64,000 bases of DNA from Candidatus Marinacidobacterales bacterium (GTDB taxonomy: Bacteria; Acidobacteriota; Vicinamibacteria; Marinacidobacterales; SMYC01). The stretch lies in assembly GCA_965237955.1 (NCBI GenBank), contig OZ250169.1, forward strand, positions 2,432,001-2,496,000. The letters run 5' to 3'. Made by a program: the position numbers and the translations under genes. Under the pieces are notes generated by a model. It saw only the letters and a program-made list of their open reading frames with translations. It did not search any database and was not told where the DNA came from. Each line of letters opens with the position of its first letter. The stretch's first letter is position 1. This document shows, in pieces, positions 63,550-64,000 of the stretch.

Positions 63550-64000
63550 GCGATACGCTACCCAAACTCTTGTGCGAGCGCGCCTCATCGTCGCCGGAAG
63601 CGCCGGCGTTTCGTGAGAAGTCGTTCGGAATCTGGCGAACGTTTTCGTGGCGTGAGGTTCGCGATCGCGTGGAAGCGATCTGTCTCGGCCTGCTCTCGCT
63701 CGGACTCGGCAAAGACGACAAAATCGCCATCGTCGGCGACAACCGGCCCGACTGTATCCACGCAGAGCTGGCCGCGCAATCGCTCGGTGCGATTCCCGTT
63801 GGTATCTATCCAGACTCCGTGAGCGAGGAGCTCTTCTCGCTCACCGACGCTTGTGACGCCAAGATCCTCATCGTCGAAGATCAGGAGCAGGTGGACAAGG
63901 TACTGGAGGTGCGCGACCGCCTGCACGACGTCGAGCGCATCGTCTACGCGGACGAGAGGGGGATGCGTCTCTACGACGACCCGATGCTCATGCCGCTGTC
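63546..64000 (+). CDS. AMP-dependent long-chain acyl-CoA ligase (runs off window end)
   Basis: Manual translation MSDTLPKLL...REKSFGIW...IVGDNRP...EDQEQVDK. Confidence 0.85.
   Translation, partial: MSDTLPKLLCERASSSPEAPAFREKSFGIWRTFSWREVRDRVEAICLGLLSLGLGKDDKIAIVGDNRPDCIHAELAAQSLGAIPVGIYPDSVSEELFSLTDACDAKILIVEDQEQVDKVLEVRDRLHDVERIVYADERGMRLYDDPMLMPL

Overview
GC-rich bacterial chromosome segment. The gene style suggests Acidobacteriota/Vicinamibacteria (GGVxGG-linker TonB domains, kinase-PD40 gene, PEP-CTERM protein) and the Na+-NQR suggests a saline or marine habitat; both are inference. Contents in order: a minus-strand signalling operon (ECF sigma, ZAS anti-sigma fused to two TonB_C domains and a VWA-like domain, large repeat membrane protein, Ser/Thr kinase, PP2C phosphatase); a solo IS607-like tnpB element; SDR-TetR-acyl-CoA dehydrogenase; tRNA-Arg(CCG) and tRNA-Lys(CTT) with a collapsed 2.8 kb island bounded by a 51 bp att repeat; an IS1182-like element carrying an AbrB-like ORF; a TPP-riboswitch-controlled TBDR-PnuC-NadR-like kinase operon; a PEP-CTERM/GNAT/tail-collar/DUF6916 cluster; fhs; ISL3 and IS256 insertions with intact target duplications; ribokinase and nucleoside hydrolase; a MITE; a wHTH-nucleotidyltransferase pair with a 21 bp-phased repeat array; FHA-EAL; a complete nqrABCDEF-apbE-nqrM operon; and the start of an ABC/acyl-CoA ligase operon. 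Accessory genes are heavily damaged (frameshifts, in-frame stops, internal deletions, fused remnants). Some of this may be long-read consensus error, but the deletions and IS disruptions look biological. All calls come from motif recognition; no database searches were run.
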